From assembly GCA_963721525.1 (NCBI GenBank), contig CAVRJL010000006.1, positions 13,127-77,126 of the forward strand: DNA of 64,000 nt. The letters are read 5' to 3'. Positions within the stretch are counted from its first letter, which is position 1, and each line of letters opens with the position of its first letter. The notes beneath the pieces are model-generated. The model did no database searches. It saw nothing but the letters and a program-made list of their open reading frames with translations, and was not told the DNA's origin. Shown piece after piece: positions 47,966 through 58,143 of this stretch. A program made the position numbers and the translations under genes. Origin of the DNA: an uncultured Negativicutes bacterium. Lineage in GTDB: Bacteria; Bacillota; Negativicutes; JBAXTZ01.

Positions 47966-49999
47966 ATGTTATTAAATAACAAAATATGGCAATTTAATAA
48001 GGCTAATACAAAACAAATTGAAAGCTTAAAAAAAATAACAGGATTTAGATATGAAATTTGTCAAATTTTATTTAATAGAGGGTATAAAGATATTTCAGCA
48101 GTAAATAAATTTATAAAATGTTCTTTAAAGGATTTACACGATCCTTTCGAGTTATATGATATGCATAAAGTAGTAACACGTATTATTAAAGCGATTAATA
48201 ATACAGAAAAAATAGTTATTTATGGGGATTATGATGCGGATGGTATAACAGCCACAGTTTTATTAGTTAAAATATTACGCTTTTTTGATGCACAAGTTGA
48301 CTTCTATATTCCGGATAGACAAAGTGAAGGATATGGATTAAACATTTATGCTTTAAATTTTGTTGAAGATGTAATGAAAGCAAAACTTATAATAACTGTA
48401 GATTGTGGAATAAGTGCTTCAGAAGAGTTAAAAAAGTGGAAGAAAAATATTGATGTAATTATAACTGATCATCATAAACCTCCTGAAATTTTACCAAAAA
48501 GCTTTGCAATTATTAATCCAAAAATTATTAGTTGTACTTCTAAATTTAAACATTTGTCAGGTGTAGGAATAGCATTAAAGTTAGCTCAAGGTATTTGCTC
48601 GTATTATAATTCGCATCAATGGAAAAAATTTTTGGACATAACCGCAATTGGAACAGTAGCAGATATGGCTCCGTTAGTAGATGAGAATAGAATAATTGTA
48701 AAATATGGCTTAAAGCAAATGAAAAAAACTAGTAATCTTGGAATAAAAGCATTGTTGAAAGTATGTTCATTATCTAATAAAAAAGAATATGATACAAAAG
48801 ATATTGGATATTATCTAGCTCCAAGAATAAATGTAGCAGGAAGATTAAAACATGCAAAATTAGCAATGGAGTTGCTTTTATCGGATAATTATAAACAAGC
48901 TCTATTAATAGCAAAAGATTTAAATGATATTAATAAGGAAAGAAAAAATTATGAACAAAATATTTTTGAAAATGCTATAGAAAAAATAGAAAAAAGTGAT
49001 ATAAAAAACGATAAAGTAATTGTTTTAGCTAGTAATTGGCATCAAGGAATATTGGGAATAGTAGCATCGAGGCTTGTTGAAAAATATAATAAAACTGTAA
49101 TATTAATTAGTATAAATAATAATATCGGTAAAGGTTCTTGTAGAAGTATAAAAAATTTTAATATTTTTACTGCGCTCACTCGTTGTAAAAATATAATTTT
49201 GAAATATGGAGGACATGAATATGCTGCAGGATTAACTATAGATTGTGCTAAAATAGATGAATTACGTGTTAAATTAAATAAAATTGCTTCATTGGAATTA
49301 TCTGATGTTGATTATATTCCGACATATAATATTGATTGTATTTTAGAAGCTGGTAATATAGATTGCGATTTTTTAAAAGAATTAAAGATGCTCGAACCTT
49401 TTGGCGAAAAAAATTCTAAACCTATTTTTGTAACTAGAAATTTAGATTTGAAAAATAAGGAAACATTGAAATACGTAGGTAAAAATAAAGCACATTTACA
49501 GATAAATTTTAAAATAAAAAATAATAATTTTTATTGTATTTATTGGAATGTACAAAAAAAATATTTATTAAAATATACCTCATCTATTTCGTGTGCTTAT
49601 ATATTAGAATACTTAGAGTGGAATAATATAAAGCGACCTAAATTGATAATTTATGACTTAATAATAGAAGAGCAACTTCTGGCACGTAATGAGCTTATTT
49701 TAATATATTCTATGTTAAGAAATATTGCTGGAGGAAAGAAGGAAATCTCTTTTAATAAAAACGAACTTATAAAAATCGGTAGTAGTGAAAATATAAATCT
49801 AAGTTATCTTGGCATAATGATAGGATTAACAATTTTTGAGCAAATAGGATTAATAAAAATCAATAAAATAGAAAGGGAATGTCAAATAATATTTTCTAAT
49901 ACAAATACAAATAAAAAATTTAATCTTTCAAATTCAATCTTATACAAAATTATAAAAAAACAAAAAGAATTATTCACTTGTGTAGATAATATATTTTAA
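47966..49999 (+). CDS. recJ: Single-stranded-DNA-specific exonuclease RecJ
   Basis: The DHH motifs are present (IYGDYDADGITA, ITVDCGI, ITDHH), as is DHHA1 (GGHEYAAG). Confidence 0.9.
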   Translation: MLLNNKIWQFNKANTKQIESLKKITGFRYEICQILFNRGYKDISAVNKFIKCSLKDLHDPFELYDMHKVVTRIIKAINNTEKIVIYGDYDADGITATVLLVKILRFFDAQVDFYIPDRQSEGYGLNIYALNFVEDVMKAKLIITVDCGISASEELKKWKKNIDVIITDHHKPPEILPKSFAIINPKIISCTSKFKHLSGVGIALKLAQGICSYYNSHQWKKFLDITAIGTVADMAPLVDENRIIVKYGLKQMKKTSNLGIKALLKVCSLSNKKEYDTKDIGYYLAPRINVAGRLKHAKLAMELLLSDNYKQALLIAKDLNDINKERKNYEQNIFENAIEKIEKSDIKNDKVIVLASNWHQGILGIVASRLVEKYNKTVILISINNNIGKGSCRSIKNFNIFTALTRCKNIILKYGGHEYAAGLTIDCAKIDELRVKLNKIASLELSDVDYIPTYNIDCILEAGNIDCDFLKELKMLEPFGEKNSKPIFVTRNLDLKNKETLKYVGKNKAHLQINFKIKNNNFYCIYWNVQKKYLLKYTSSISCAYILEYLEWNNIKRPKLIIYDLIIEEQLLARNELILIYSMLRNIAGGKKEISFNKNELIKIGSSENINLSYLGIMIGLTIFEQIGLIKINKIERECQIIFSNTNTNKKFNLSNSILYKIIKKQKELFTCVDNIF

Positions 50000-50039
50000 A
50001 TAATATGTTTAATAAAATTTTTGGAGCTTAAAAATTTTC

Positions 50040-50552
50040 ATGAACCTTAAAAATAAAATACGAAAAATCCCTAATTTCCCTAGAAAAGGTATTGAATTTT
50101 TAGATATTACAACACTGTTGAAAAATTCACAAGCTTTTAAATTTTCTATAAATTCGATCAAAAAAAAATATAGAAGACAAAAAATAGATATTATAGCTGC
50201 TCCCGAAGCAAGAGGTTTTATGGTAGGAGCTCCTATAGCTTACGCGCTAAATGCCGGATTTGTTCCTGTCCGCAAAAGAGGGAAATTGCCTTTTGAAGTA
50301 TTTTTTGAAGTATATCAGTTAGAATATGGTCTAGATAGCTTAGAAATTCATAAAGATGCTATTTTGCCTGGGCAACGTGTTTTAATTATAGATGATTTAT
50401 TAGCTACAGGCGGAACAATCAAAGCAGTTGCCAATTTGATAAAAAAGTTGGGAGCAGAAGTAGTAGGAGCAGCTTTTTTAATTGAGCTTAAATATTTAAA
50501 TGGACGAGAAACACTAAAAAAATTTGAAATTTTTTCCTTGCTAAAATATTAA
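50040..50552 (+). CDS. apt: Adenine phosphoribosyltransferase
   Basis: The PRPP-binding motif is VLIIDDLLATGGT, and IPNFPRKGIEFLDIT is also present. Confidence 0.95.
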   Translation: MNLKNKIRKIPNFPRKGIEFLDITTLLKNSQAFKFSINSIKKKYRRQKIDIIAAPEARGFMVGAPIAYALNAGFVPVRKRGKLPFEVFFEVYQLEYGLDSLEIHKDAILPGQRVLIIDDLLATGGTIKAVANLIKKLGAEVVGAAFLIELKYLNGRETLKKFEIFSLLKY

Positions 50553-50561
50553 AAAACTTAA

Positions 50562-52808
50562 TTGGCGGATATTATGTGTACTCCACAAATTACATTTAAT
50601 GATATTGAAAAACAAATTTCTACTTATCAAGCTAACGCAGATATATCAAAGTTAAAAAAATCATATATATTAGCTTTAAATGTTCACGACGGACAATTTC
50701 GTCAATCAGGTGAACCTTATATTATTCATCCTCTTAATGTAGCAAAAATATTGTCTGCTATGCAATTGGATTTGGATTGCATAATTGCAGGTTTTTTACA
50801 TGACATAGTCGAAGATGGCAATTATAGCCTAAGTTCTATAGAGATAGAATTTGGTAGCAATATTGCAAAAATTGTTGATGGTGTTACAAAACTTGGAAAA
50901 ATAACTTACAAGTCAAAAGAAGAGTTAAAATTAGAAAACTATGTAAAAATGTTTCTAGCAATGGCTAAAGATATTCGTGTGATTTTTGTAAAATTAGCAG
51001 ATAGATTGCATAATATGAGAACCTTAAAAAATTGTTCGCGAGAAAAACAAATAAGAATAGCACAAGAAACGATAGATATATTTTCTCCATTAGCCCACAG
51101 ATTAGGTATTTTTATGTTGAAATGGGAATTAGAAGATTTGTCTTTTCGTTATCTTGAACCAGAAAAATTTTATAATCTTGTAAAGCAAGTAAAAGTAAAA
51201 CGTAGCTATAGAGTACAAGATCTTAGAGAGGCAGCAAAAATATTACAAAAAACGTTGAGCGAAAATAATATAAAAGCCGAAATCCAATGGAGACCAAAGC
51301 ACTTATGGAGCATTTATAAAAAAATGTTGAGAGATAAAAAAGATATTGAAGAAATATTTGATTTATCTGCTATCCGTGTGTTAGTTAAAAGTATTAAGGA
51401 TTGTTACGCTACACTGGGAGTGGTACATACTATTTGGAAACCATTACCAGGACGATTTAAAGATTATATATCTATGCCTAAATCTAACGGATACCAGAGT
51501 CTGCATACAATAGTTATAGGAGCAGGGTTAGCTCCTTTAGAAATTCAAATCAGAACTCCTAAAATGCATCATATGTCAGAATATGGAGTTGCTGCTCATT
51601 GGCGTTATAAAGAAGGAAAAGGGAGTACAAGTTTTAAAAAAAATGATGAGAAATTTTCGTGGTTGAGACAGCTTTTAGAATGGAGAAGTGAAATTAAAGA
51701 TCCTCGTGAATTTGTTGAATCAGTTAAATTAGATATTTTTTCTGATGAAATTTTTGTATTTACTCCGCAAGGAGATGTTATTACTTTACCTGCTGGATCA
51801 ACTACGCTTGATTTCGCTTATCGTATTCATACGGATATAGGGCATAAATGCGTAGGAGCGAAAATTAATGAAAAAATAGTTCCTCTAGAAACAAAGGTAT
51901 CTACAGGTAATATTGTTGAAGCCATTACAAGCAAAAATAGTATAGGCCCTAGTCTTGATTGGCTAAAAATTGTAGCCTGTACGATTACTAAACATAAAAT
52001 AAAACAATGGTTTAAAAAAGAAAAGCGTGAGGAAAATATTGAGAGAGGGCGAAACTTAATAGAAAAAGAATTGAAAAAACTAAAATATGATCTAAAAGAA
52101 ATGTTAAAAAACGATTGGTTATTAGAAATTGGTTCACGCTTTAATTATACAATTATAGAAGATTTATTTGCTGCAATAGGCTTTGGTGATGTTAACTTAA
52201 GCTATGTGTTATCAAAATTAATTGCTTATTATAAAAAAGAAAAGAAAATTAAAGAATGTATCAATGTAGAAAAAATTATACAAAATTTACAACCCATTAA
52301 AAAAAAGAAAAATTTAAGCGAAATATTAGTTAAAGGCGAAACTGGAATAATGATAACATTAGCTAAATGTTGTGACCCTTTACCAGGGGATGATATTATA
52401 GGTTATATTACGAGAGGAAAAGGGATATCTACGCATAGGATAAATTGTACTAATATTGGACCTAATAATATAGACCTAAGTAGACTAATAGAAGTTACTT
52501 GGGGAACTTCATTTGGTAATAATTATATAGTAAATATTAAAATAAGCGCTAATGATCGTGATGGATTGGTTATAGATATTATGAGTATTGCTAATGATAA
52601 TAAAGTCAAAATTTTTGCCGTTAATACGCGAATAAACGAAGATAAATCAATAAGTATATATATGAAAATAGAAGTAAATAATTTAACTAAACTAGAAACC
52701 ATTATGGCAAAATTCAGAAAGATTGAAAATATTTACAATGTAAAAAGAATAGAAATAAATACGAGGAGTCATTCCAACAAAAACACCTATAGAAATAGAA
52801 ATAGTTAA
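50562..52808 (+). CDS. relA: Bifunctional (p)ppGpp synthetase/hydrolase RelA/SpoT
   Basis: It has the HD domain (HPLNVA...GFLHDIVED), the synthetase core (DLSAIRVLV, YISMPKSNGYQSLHT, HWRYKEG), and TGS and ACT regions. Confidence 0.95.
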   Translation: MADIMCTPQITFNDIEKQISTYQANADISKLKKSYILALNVHDGQFRQSGEPYIIHPLNVAKILSAMQLDLDCIIAGFLHDIVEDGNYSLSSIEIEFGSNIAKIVDGVTKLGKITYKSKEELKLENYVKMFLAMAKDIRVIFVKLADRLHNMRTLKNCSREKQIRIAQETIDIFSPLAHRLGIFMLKWELEDLSFRYLEPEKFYNLVKQVKVKRSYRVQDLREAAKILQKTLSENNIKAEIQWRPKHLWSIYKKMLRDKKDIEEIFDLSAIRVLVKSIKDCYATLGVVHTIWKPLPGRFKDYISMPKSNGYQSLHTIVIGAGLAPLEIQIRTPKMHHMSEYGVAAHWRYKEGKGSTSFKKNDEKFSWLRQLLEWRSEIKDPREFVESVKLDIFSDEIFVFTPQGDVITLPAGSTTLDFAYRIHTDIGHKCVGAKINEKIVPLETKVSTGNIVEAITSKNSIGPSLDWLKIVACTITKHKIKQWFKKEKREENIERGRNLIEKELKKLKYDLKEMLKNDWLLEIGSRFNYTIIEDLFAAIGFGDVNLSYVLSKLIAYYKKEKKIKECINVEKIIQNLQPIKKKKNLSEILVKGETGIMITLAKCCDPLPGDDIIGYITRGKGISTHRINCTNIGPNNIDLSRLIEVTWGTSFGNNYIVNIKISANDRDGLVIDIMSIANDNKVKIFAVNTRINEDKSISIYMKIEVNNLTKLETIMAKFRKIENIYNVKRIEINTRSHSNKNTYRNRNS

Positions 52809-53044
52809 AGATAATAGACTAAACTTATCGCTAAGGAACATAATTTGTCTTTCGCGGAAATAATTTAGTTAATTAGATATTTATTATTAATCTAAATAAT
52901 TATTAATTATATAAAATCATATTCTTTTTATCACGTATTGTTTAGCAGGTCGTTGAATAGATTATGTATTTCATTGTATAGAAAGCCAAAATATTTTTCC
53001 TTCTGGTCTATAAGCTTTAAAATATACTAAGCTCACTTCAAGCT

Positions 53045-54481
53045 ATGAAAGGAGAAAAGAAGGATTTAATGGCTAATAATTTAATAGCAACTAATAAAAA
53101 TAAATACAATAGTAAAGTCAAAAGATTTATGTTGCTTGTCGCTTTGGTGGCAGCTACTGGTGGTTTTTTATTTGGTTTTGATACTGGAGTAATTTCAGGA
53201 GCATTAATTTTTATTGATCATATGTTTCATCCTACTGTGTTACAAAAAAGTCTAATTGTTAGCTCTACAGTTTTAGGAGCATTTTTTGGTTCGATTTTTA
53301 GTGGCGGATTTGTTAACAAGTTAGGCCGAAAATTGACATTATTGTATTGTTCTATAACATTTATTATCGGTACACTACTTTGCGCATTCGCTACTAGTGT
53401 AAATATAATGATTATTGGTCGTTTTATTTTGGGAATAGCGATAGGTATTGCATCATATACTGTTCCTTTGTATATTGCCGAAATATCAACTCCAAATAAA
53501 CGTGGTAAAATGATTATGTTCAATGGTGTTGCCATTACCGGAGCTCAAGCAGTGTCATTTTTATCAGATTATTATTTTTCCCACACTTATAACTGGAGGA
53601 TGATGCTTGGTGTAGCAGTTGTTCCGGCTATCATTTTGCTTATCGGAACGTTATTTTTACCAGAGTCACCGCGGTGGTTAATATTGCGTAAACAAAAAAA
53701 TCATGCACTTATCATCTTGAATAAAATCCGTAATATTGATTATATTGAACAAGAAGTAAATGAAATTGAAGAAAGTTTTAAAATTAAGCAAGGCGGATTT
53801 AAAGAATTGCTTTCAAAAAAAATGAGGCCTATTCTAATAATAGGAATTGTGCTTGGCATAATGCAGCAATTTACTGGTATTAATACAATAATGTATTATG
53901 GACCTTATATTTTTGAAAAAATAGGATTTACCGGAGATAGTGCTCGGATATTTGCGACATTTGGAATGGGGGTAGTGAATTGTATTGCATCTATTTTTGT
54001 TATGTTTACTGTCGATCGTTTGGGACGTAAAAAATTGATGATAATTGGTATGATTATTGCTATGCTCAGCTTGTTTATTTTGAGTATAATAGTGCCTGCA
54101 ATAAAATTTTTTAATAAAATCCTATCCATATTTTTGTTAGGTTCTTATATTACTGGTTTTGCTATTAGTATTGGTTCGCTGTTTTGGGTAATTATATCAG
54201 AAATATATCCGCTTAAAATACGCAGCATAGGTATGAGCTTTGTAGGTGGGATACAATGGTTTGCTAATTTTTTTATTTCGATGACATTTTTGCCAGTACT
54301 TGAGTTATTTGGTATTGGTATCAATTTCAGAATATATGCTTTGATGTGCTTATTTGTCATAATATTCACTAAATATTATGTCCCGGAAACTAAAGGAGTA
54401 TCTTTGGAAACAATTGCAAAAATTTTAGAAAAGAACAACGTAAGATTGGAGACGAGTAACACACTAATGGAGGCAGAATAG
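53045..54481 (+). CDS. Sugar-porter-family MFS transporter
   Basis: The sequence shows GRKLTLL, PESPRWL and PETKG signatures. An alternative start is the ATG at 53069. Confidence 0.85.
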   Translation: MKGEKKDLMANNLIATNKNKYNSKVKRFMLLVALVAATGGFLFGFDTGVISGALIFIDHMFHPTVLQKSLIVSSTVLGAFFGSIFSGGFVNKLGRKLTLLYCSITFIIGTLLCAFATSVNIMIIGRFILGIAIGIASYTVPLYIAEISTPNKRGKMIMFNGVAITGAQAVSFLSDYYFSHTYNWRMMLGVAVVPAIILLIGTLFLPESPRWLILRKQKNHALIILNKIRNIDYIEQEVNEIEESFKIKQGGFKELLSKKMRPILIIGIVLGIMQQFTGINTIMYYGPYIFEKIGFTGDSARIFATFGMGVVNCIASIFVMFTVDRLGRKKLMIIGMIIAMLSLFILSIIVPAIKFFNKILSIFLLGSYITGFAISIGSLFWVIISEIYPLKIRSIGMSFVGGIQWFANFFISMTFLPVLELFGIGINFRIYALMCLFVIIFTKYYVPETKGVSLETIAKILEKNNVRLETSNTLMEAE

Positions 54482-54860
54482 ATGGGAGAAAAACTATTTA
54501 AACTTAAAAAAATATTATTGTAATGGAAGTGTTGTTTAAAATAATAATGATAAATAACTATATTATATCCTCAATTGGAAGTGAGGATGTTAGAAGTATG
54601 TGCAATTGATGGGAAGAAGAGATTAAATATATAGCAGAAAAATAAACTAAGAATATTTTTTGATTATAATAATAAAGTAAATTCATCATTATAAATTATG
54701 TAAGATATAAATAGATAGTTGCTTGTTATTTTATAGTTTACGATCTATAGTGTTTGTCATTAGGAACGAAGACCAAATTTTATAGATGCTAATTATCCTG
54801 AAAGCGTTTTATATTTATATAACAAATTTATTATTTATTACTAAAACAAAAAAATCAAAA

Positions 54861-54892
54861 TAATTTGTAGACAATATAATTTGTAGACAATT
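54861..54892. repeat. 16-nt tandem duplication (TAATTTGTAGACAATA / TAATTTGTAGACAATT)
   Basis: I read this directly from the sequence; 15 of 16 positions are identical. Confidence 0.85.
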
Positions 54893-54991
54893 TTAAGCAG
54901 ATATGAAAGTAGGGTTAGATGATGATGGGCTATTAATTTTGTGTCAATTTGTGCTAAAGAGTAATATTAAATATTATTGAAAGAGGTAAAT

Positions 54992-55615
54992 ATGATGTAT
55001 AATTTAAACATAATTACTGTTGGTTCTTTGCAAGTAAATTGCTGTTTGTTATATTGCGTTCAAACAAAAGAAGCACTGATAATTGATCCTGGCGACGAAT
55101 CTAGAAAAATAATAGATAAAATTGATAATTTAAAACTAGTTCCTAAATTAATAGTGAACACTCACGGACATTATGATCATATAGGCGCCAATGATATTAT
55201 TTCTGAAAAATACAAAATTCCTATAGCTATTCATAGTGAAGATTCTATAATGTTAACTTCAGATTTAAATCAATCTTTATTATTTGGAATTAACTTTAAA
55301 TGTAAAAAAGCAAATACCTTATTAAAAAATAATGATGAGATTGTAATAGGGAAAGCAAAAATAAGAGTGATACATACACCTGGACATACTCCAGGAGGGA
55401 TATGTATATTGGCTGAAAATATGCTATTTAGCGGGGATACTTTATTTAATAAGTCCGTAGGAAGAACCGATTTCCCCAGAGGCTCTTCCAAACAATTAAT
55501 TAAAAACATTAAAGAAAAATTATTTTTATTACCTAATAAAACTGTGGTCTATCCTGGACACGGGGAAAATACAACAATAGGTTACGAGAAAGAATATAAT
55601 CCTTTCATTATATAA
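54992..55615 (+). CDS. MBL-fold metallo-hydrolase (glyoxalase II-like)
   Basis: The sequence shows the THGHYDHIG motif, HTPGHTPG and GDTLF. The ATG at 54992 follows AAGAGG. Confidence 0.85.
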   Translation: MMYNLNIITVGSLQVNCCLLYCVQTKEALIIDPGDESRKIIDKIDNLKLVPKLIVNTHGHYDHIGANDIISEKYKIPIAIHSEDSIMLTSDLNQSLLFGINFKCKKANTLLKNNDEIVIGKAKIRVIHTPGHTPGGICILAENMLFSGDTLFNKSVGRTDFPRGSSKQLIKNIKEKLFLLPNKTVVYPGHGENTTIGYEKEYNPFII

Positions 55616-55638
55616 ATTATATACAATGAGGAGAAAAT

Positions 55639-56694
55639 ATGAAAAATTCTTCCATTATAGATTTATTAAAAATATTAACTATCTTAGCTTTTTTTCTACT
55701 ATTGAGTTTTACAACAAAAATCTGGCTACCTTTACTTGTATCGATATTGTTTACTTTTCTTTTTTTACCAGTAGTAAATTGGCTTGATGGGGAAGAAATA
55801 TATAAAAAGAGATATAATGTGCCTAGAGTAGTTGCAATTAGTCTAACCTTTAGCTTAGGATTTATTATTTTTAGCTTATTAGTAATCTACACTATAAATC
55901 CGCTTGTCAAACAGACTATATTATTAATTGAAAATATTCCGATTTATATAGAAAAAGTTAAACAAAATTTAGACTTTGTTTTTGCTAAGTATAGTGGATT
56001 GCATTTACACCCTATGATACAAGAAAAAATTTCTACAATGGGGAATTATATTGGAGCTACATTGTTTGATATTTTAGGAAAATTAATAAATCTATTTTTT
56101 TCTCTTACAACTAGTATAATTTCTTTATTATTAGTTCCGTTTTTGACATTTTATTTTTTAAAAGACGGCAAAAAAATAATTACTTTTATTGTTGAACTTT
56201 TTCCTAAAAAGATGCATTTTCAAATTAAAAATATTATTTCCCAGCTTGGTATTGTGATAAAAAATTACATCCAAGGGCAAGCTCTAATAAGTATAATTAT
56301 AGGTTTACTAGTATATGTAGGCACATGGTTTTTAGGGTTGCAATATCCTCTTGTCTTAGGAATAATATCCACTTTATTTGAAACAATTCCTTATATAGGC
56401 CCTATATGCAGCGCTGTTCCTGCTCTATTTCTTGGATATATGGTAAATTCTTTGTTAATGATAAAAGTTTTAATTTTCTATATTATTATTCATCAAATTG
56501 AATCAAATATAATTGTTCCACATGTCATGGGGAACACAATAAAAGTACATCCAGGGGTATTAATGGTAGCGTTTCTAATTGGTGGAGAATTATATGGCAT
56601 AATTGGAATGATGGCTGCTATGCCTACCGTAGCTTTAGTTCGAGTTCTATTTAAAGAAGTTTGGTATGGTAAAGATAAAGTAAACCACGATTGA
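55639..56694 (+). CDS. AI-2E family transporter (PerM/YhhT type)
   Basis: It is a polytopic protein with the characteristic IPYIGP motif. Confidence 0.8.
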   Translation: MKNSSIIDLLKILTILAFFLLLSFTTKIWLPLLVSILFTFLFLPVVNWLDGEEIYKKRYNVPRVVAISLTFSLGFIIFSLLVIYTINPLVKQTILLIENIPIYIEKVKQNLDFVFAKYSGLHLHPMIQEKISTMGNYIGATLFDILGKLINLFFSLTTSIISLLLVPFLTFYFLKDGKKIITFIVELFPKKMHFQIKNIISQLGIVIKNYIQGQALISIIIGLLVYVGTWFLGLQYPLVLGIISTLFETIPYIGPICSAVPALFLGYMVNSLLMIKVLIFYIIIHQIESNIIVPHVMGNTIKVHPGVLMVAFLIGGELYGIIGMMAAMPTVALVRVLFKEVWYGKDKVNHD

Positions 56695-56880
56695 GTCCAT
56701 ATAATTAGAAGAAGTTTTTCGAAAAGACCAATATTAAATGATTGTGTAACATAGTAAAATCATTGTTAGCGTATGGTTTATATAAAATTTTTAATGGATT
56801 ATAATAAAATTATTATTAGTGTTAAGAATGATTTTTTCAATGATTATCAAAAAAAGCTGTCTTTTAGGAGAGAATAAATT

Positions 56881-58143
56881 ATGGTAATTTCTGCGCCTCG
56901 CGGAACAAAAGACATTCTTAATAAAGAAATTAAAATTTGGCAAAAAGTTGAACAAATTGCGCGTAAAAGTTGTTTATTATTCAGTTATAATGAAGTTAGA
57001 ACCCCAATATTTGAGCAAAGTACGTTGTTTACAAAAGGAATAGGTGATTCCAGTGATATTGTTCAAAAAGAAATGTATATTTTTGAGGATAGAAAAAAAA
57101 GAAGACTAGCACTACGTCCGGAATTAACTGCTGGAACAGTTAGGGCTTACCTTGAGAACAAATTATATTCATTGCGGCAACCAGTAAAATTATTTTATAT
57201 TGGGCCAGTTTTTCGTTATGAGCGACCTCAGACAGGAAGGCAAAGACAATTTCATCAGTTTGGGGTAGAAGCATTTGGTTCTCCAAGTCCTTTGCTTGAT
57301 GCCGAAGTAATAAGTTTGTCTATTTTCTTTTTAAAAAAGATTAAAATTGGGGATTTAAAGGTTGAAATAAATTCAATAGGGTGTCTTAAGTGTCGTCCAA
57401 TTTTTAAAAAAAAATTAAAAGAATATTTTAAAAATTATTTACAAAATTTATGTTCAGATTGTCAAAATCGTTTTGAAAAAAATCCATTAAGAATTTTAGA
57501 CTGTAAAAATCCAGTATGCGAAAAAACATTATACAATTCTCCAAGCTACATTAGAACTTTATGTTTTGAATGCCGAGAACATTTTGATCAATTACAAGCT
57601 ATTTTACGAGAAGCAGATATAAGCTTTTCAATAAATCCTTTTCTGGTAAGAGGATTGGATTACTATACGAAGACTGTATTTGAGATAAAAAACGATTTTT
57701 TAGGATCACAAAATTCTTTATGTGGAGGAGGACGATATGATGACTTGGTTAGTGAATTCGATAAATCAAAAAATGTTCCAGCAATTGGTGTTGCCTTTGG
57801 TATGGAACGCATCATTTTATTGTTGCAGAAAATTAATGAAATTCAAGAAAAAAATGATAATATAAAATGTTATATTGCGCCCTTGATAAATAAAGCAAAT
57901 CTTATTGCTTTTAAATTACTTACAATATTAAGAAAAAATAACATAAAATGTGAAATAGATTTTTTTAAAAAAGGAATAAAAGCAATATTAAAACAAGCTG
58001 ATAAAAATAAAGCTAAATATATAGCAATAATTGGTGAAGAAGAACTAGAAAAAAATTTTATTTCTTTGAAAAATATGTTAAACAACACTCAGAAAAAAGA
58101 TAGCTATACGAATATTGTTAAGATTATTTTGGAGGATAAATAA
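56881..58143 (+). CDS. hisS: Histidine--tRNA ligase
   Basis: The sequence shows APRGTKDIL, LRPELTAGTVRAY, FRYERPQTGRQRQFHQ and GGGRYD. Confidence 0.95.
   Translation: MVISAPRGTKDILNKEIKIWQKVEQIARKSCLLFSYNEVRTPIFEQSTLFTKGIGDSSDIVQKEMYIFEDRKKRRLALRPELTAGTVRAYLENKLYSLRQPVKLFYIGPVFRYERPQTGRQRQFHQFGVEAFGSPSPLLDAEVISLSIFFLKKIKIGDLKVEINSIGCLKCRPIFKKKLKEYFKNYLQNLCSDCQNRFEKNPLRILDCKNPVCEKTLYNSPSYIRTLCFECREHFDQLQAILREADISFSINPFLVRGLDYYTKTVFEIKNDFLGSQNSLCGGGRYDDLVSEFDKSKNVPAIGVAFGMERIILLLQKINEIQEKNDNIKCYIAPLINKANLIAFKLLTILRKNNIKCEIDFFKKGIKAILKQADKNKAKYIAIIGEEELEKNFISLKNMLNNTQKKDSYTNIVKIILEDK

Noticed and set aside
56695-56880. A T-box leader was expected upstream of hisS-aspS.
   Set aside because: There is no T-box sequence (the AAnnnGGGUGGUACCGCG-like block), no specifier-loop architecture and no terminator/antiterminator pair. 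Only a short 7-bp A/U hairpin (about 56738-56766) is present.
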